From Macrostomum lignano (Eukaryota): a DNA stretch of 64,000 nt. Positions 62,040 through 64,000 of this stretch are shown piece after piece. Under the pieces are notes generated by a model that ran no database searches, was not told where the DNA came from, and worked only from the letters and a program-made list of their open reading frames with translations. The first letter of the stretch is position 1; each line of letters opens with the position of its first letter. Position numbers and translations under genes: made by a program. The stretch is from assembly GCA_002269645.1 (NCBI GenBank), contig NIVC01002596.1:1-64000 (forward strand). The letters are read 5' to 3'.

Positions 62040-63525
62040 CGATCTGCCTGCAAGAGTGACCAATCTGCCTGCAAGAGTGACCAATCTGCCTGCAAGAGTG
62101 ACCAATCTGCCTGCAAGAGTGACCAATCTACCTGAAAGAGTGACCAATCTGCCTGCAAGAGTGACCAATCTGCCTGCAAGAGTGACCAATCTACCTGAAA
62201 GAGTGACCAATCTACCTGCAAGAGTGACCAATCTACCTGCAAGAGTGACCAATCTACCTGCAAGAGTGACCAATCTACCTGCTAGAGTGACCAATCTTCT
62301 TGTACCATTAACCAATCTACCTGCACGAGTGACCAATCTGCCTGCAAGAGTGACCAATCTTCTTGTACCATTAACCAATCTACCTGCACGAGTGACCAAT
62401 CTGCCTGCAAGAGTGACCAATCTACCTGCACGAGTGACCAATCTACCTGAAAGAGTGACCAATCTACCTGCTAGAGTGACCAATCTTCTTGCACGATTGA
62501 CCAATCTACCTGCAAGAGTGACCAATCTACCCACAAGAGTGACCAATGTACCTGCAAGAGTGACCAATCTACCTGCACGATTGACCAATCTACCTGCACG
62601 ATTGACTAATCTACATGTACTTGCAAGAGTGACCAATCTACCTGCACGATTGACCAATCTACCTGCAAGAGTGACCAATGTACCTGCAGGAGTGACCAAT
62701 CTACCTGCACGATTGACCAATCTACCTGCACGATTGACTAATCTACATGTACTTGCAAGAGTGACCAATCTACCTGCACGATTGACCAATCTACCTGCAC
62801 GATTGACTAATCTACATGTACTTGCAAGAGTGACCAATATGCCTGCAAGAGTGACCAATCATCTACTTGCACGAGTGACCAATCTACCTGCAAGAGTGAC
62901 CAATCTACCTGCAAGAGTGACCAATCATCTACTTGCACGAGTGACCAATCTACCTGAAAGAGTGACCAATCTACCTGCTAGAGTGACCAATCTTCTTGCA
63001 CGATTGACCAATCTACCTGCAAGAGTGACCAATCTACCCACAAGAGTGACCAATGTACCTGCAAGAGTGACCAATCTACCTGCAAGAGTGACCAATCTAC
63101 CTGCAAGAGTGACCAATGTACCTGCAAGAGTGACCAATCTACCTGCACGATTGACCAATCTACCTGCACGATTGACTAATCTACATGTACTTGCAAGAGT
63201 GACCAATCTACCTGCACGATTGACCAATCTACCTGCACGATTGACTAATCTACATGTACTTGCAAGAGTGACCAATATGCCTGCAAGAGTGACCAATCAT
63301 CTACTTGCACGAGTGACCAATCTACCTGCAAGAGTGACCAATCATCTACTTGCACGAGTGACCAATCTACCTGCAAGAGTGACCAATCATCTACTTGCAC
63401 GAGTGACCAATCTACCTGCAAGAGTGACCAATCATCTACTTGCACGAGTGACCAATCTACCTGCAAGAGTGACCAATCATCTACCTGCAAGAGTGACCAA
63501 TCTACCTGCAAAAGTGACCAAATCT
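62040..63525. repeat. 21/24-bp minisatellite (gagtgaccaatctacctgcaa), about 68 copies, with an internal 508-bp duplication
   Basis: Direct reading; variant ctacccacaagag at about 62528 and 63036. Confidence 0.95.
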
Positions 63526-64000
63526 CTTCCGAGGACGCATGCTACTTGACTCAATAGACTCAAACGCGAGCATTGAAAAACAAACAGTTAAGCTTGAGTC
63601 GAATAATTTATTCGACCCCAATTGAATTAGCCAGTAGGCAAAAATCAGCCAGCTAAGTTCATGTTGGGGGGATGCTGAGGGGGGCGACTCTGTGCGTGCG
63701 AGTTTGGCGGCGCACGCGACACAATTTCAGAATTTTGATAGCTCCTCATAGTAGTCGCTTTATCCCGTATAGCCTGTGCCTTTCCGGTGGCGCGGAGCCG
63801 TCAGCATGAATCAAAGCGCCCTCTTGGCAAGCCATTCTGTGCAAATTAATTAAATTGTTGTTTCAACTCCCCCTCGTCACTTTTCTGCAGCTAATTACAT
63901 TTAGTCCATGCAGTGTCCGACTGAACTCAAGGCTCGCGTCCGCTCCTAGGAATTGCAGCTTGCTTGGTTTCGCTGTATGCTATCTTGTCTGCTGTGGGAC

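Overview
Eukaryotic (animal) genomic DNA with GT-AG introns, GC-rich exons and an extreme density of minisatellites. The style (poly-Ala/poly-Pro proteins, minisatellite-filled introns) suggests a free-living flatworm such as Macrostomum, but this is inference only. Four host genes can be built by hand: an intronless SUMO (6747-7013, +); a 15-exon long-type ABCC/MRP1-like ABC transporter (24133-10579, -) with clustered single-base indels; a 3-exon ATP23 metalloprotease (29902-28315, -); and a 2-exon SoxB2 HMG-box factor (59872-57261, -). Mobile DNA: a 1298-bp DD34D mariner with perfect TIRs and TA TSD but a frameshifted transposase, a non-autonomous hAT element (8-bp TSD) filled with a 21-bp minisatellite, several small MITE/foldback-like elements, and a tRNA-headed CORE-type SINE. 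About 30 distinct tandem arrays account for most long ORFs in the supplied track; these are rejected as coding. Best leads: (1) an ABCC intron made of about 52 AP-1 repeats seeded by a full antioxidant response element; (2) inverted 71-bp arrays of 3' splice acceptors, one directly upstream of SUMO, around a CpG-rich candidate bidirectional promoter; (3) a hAT family carrying expanding, hierarchically ordered minisatellite that matches the E2F consensus; (4) sharp mosaic CpG depletion. No database searches were run.
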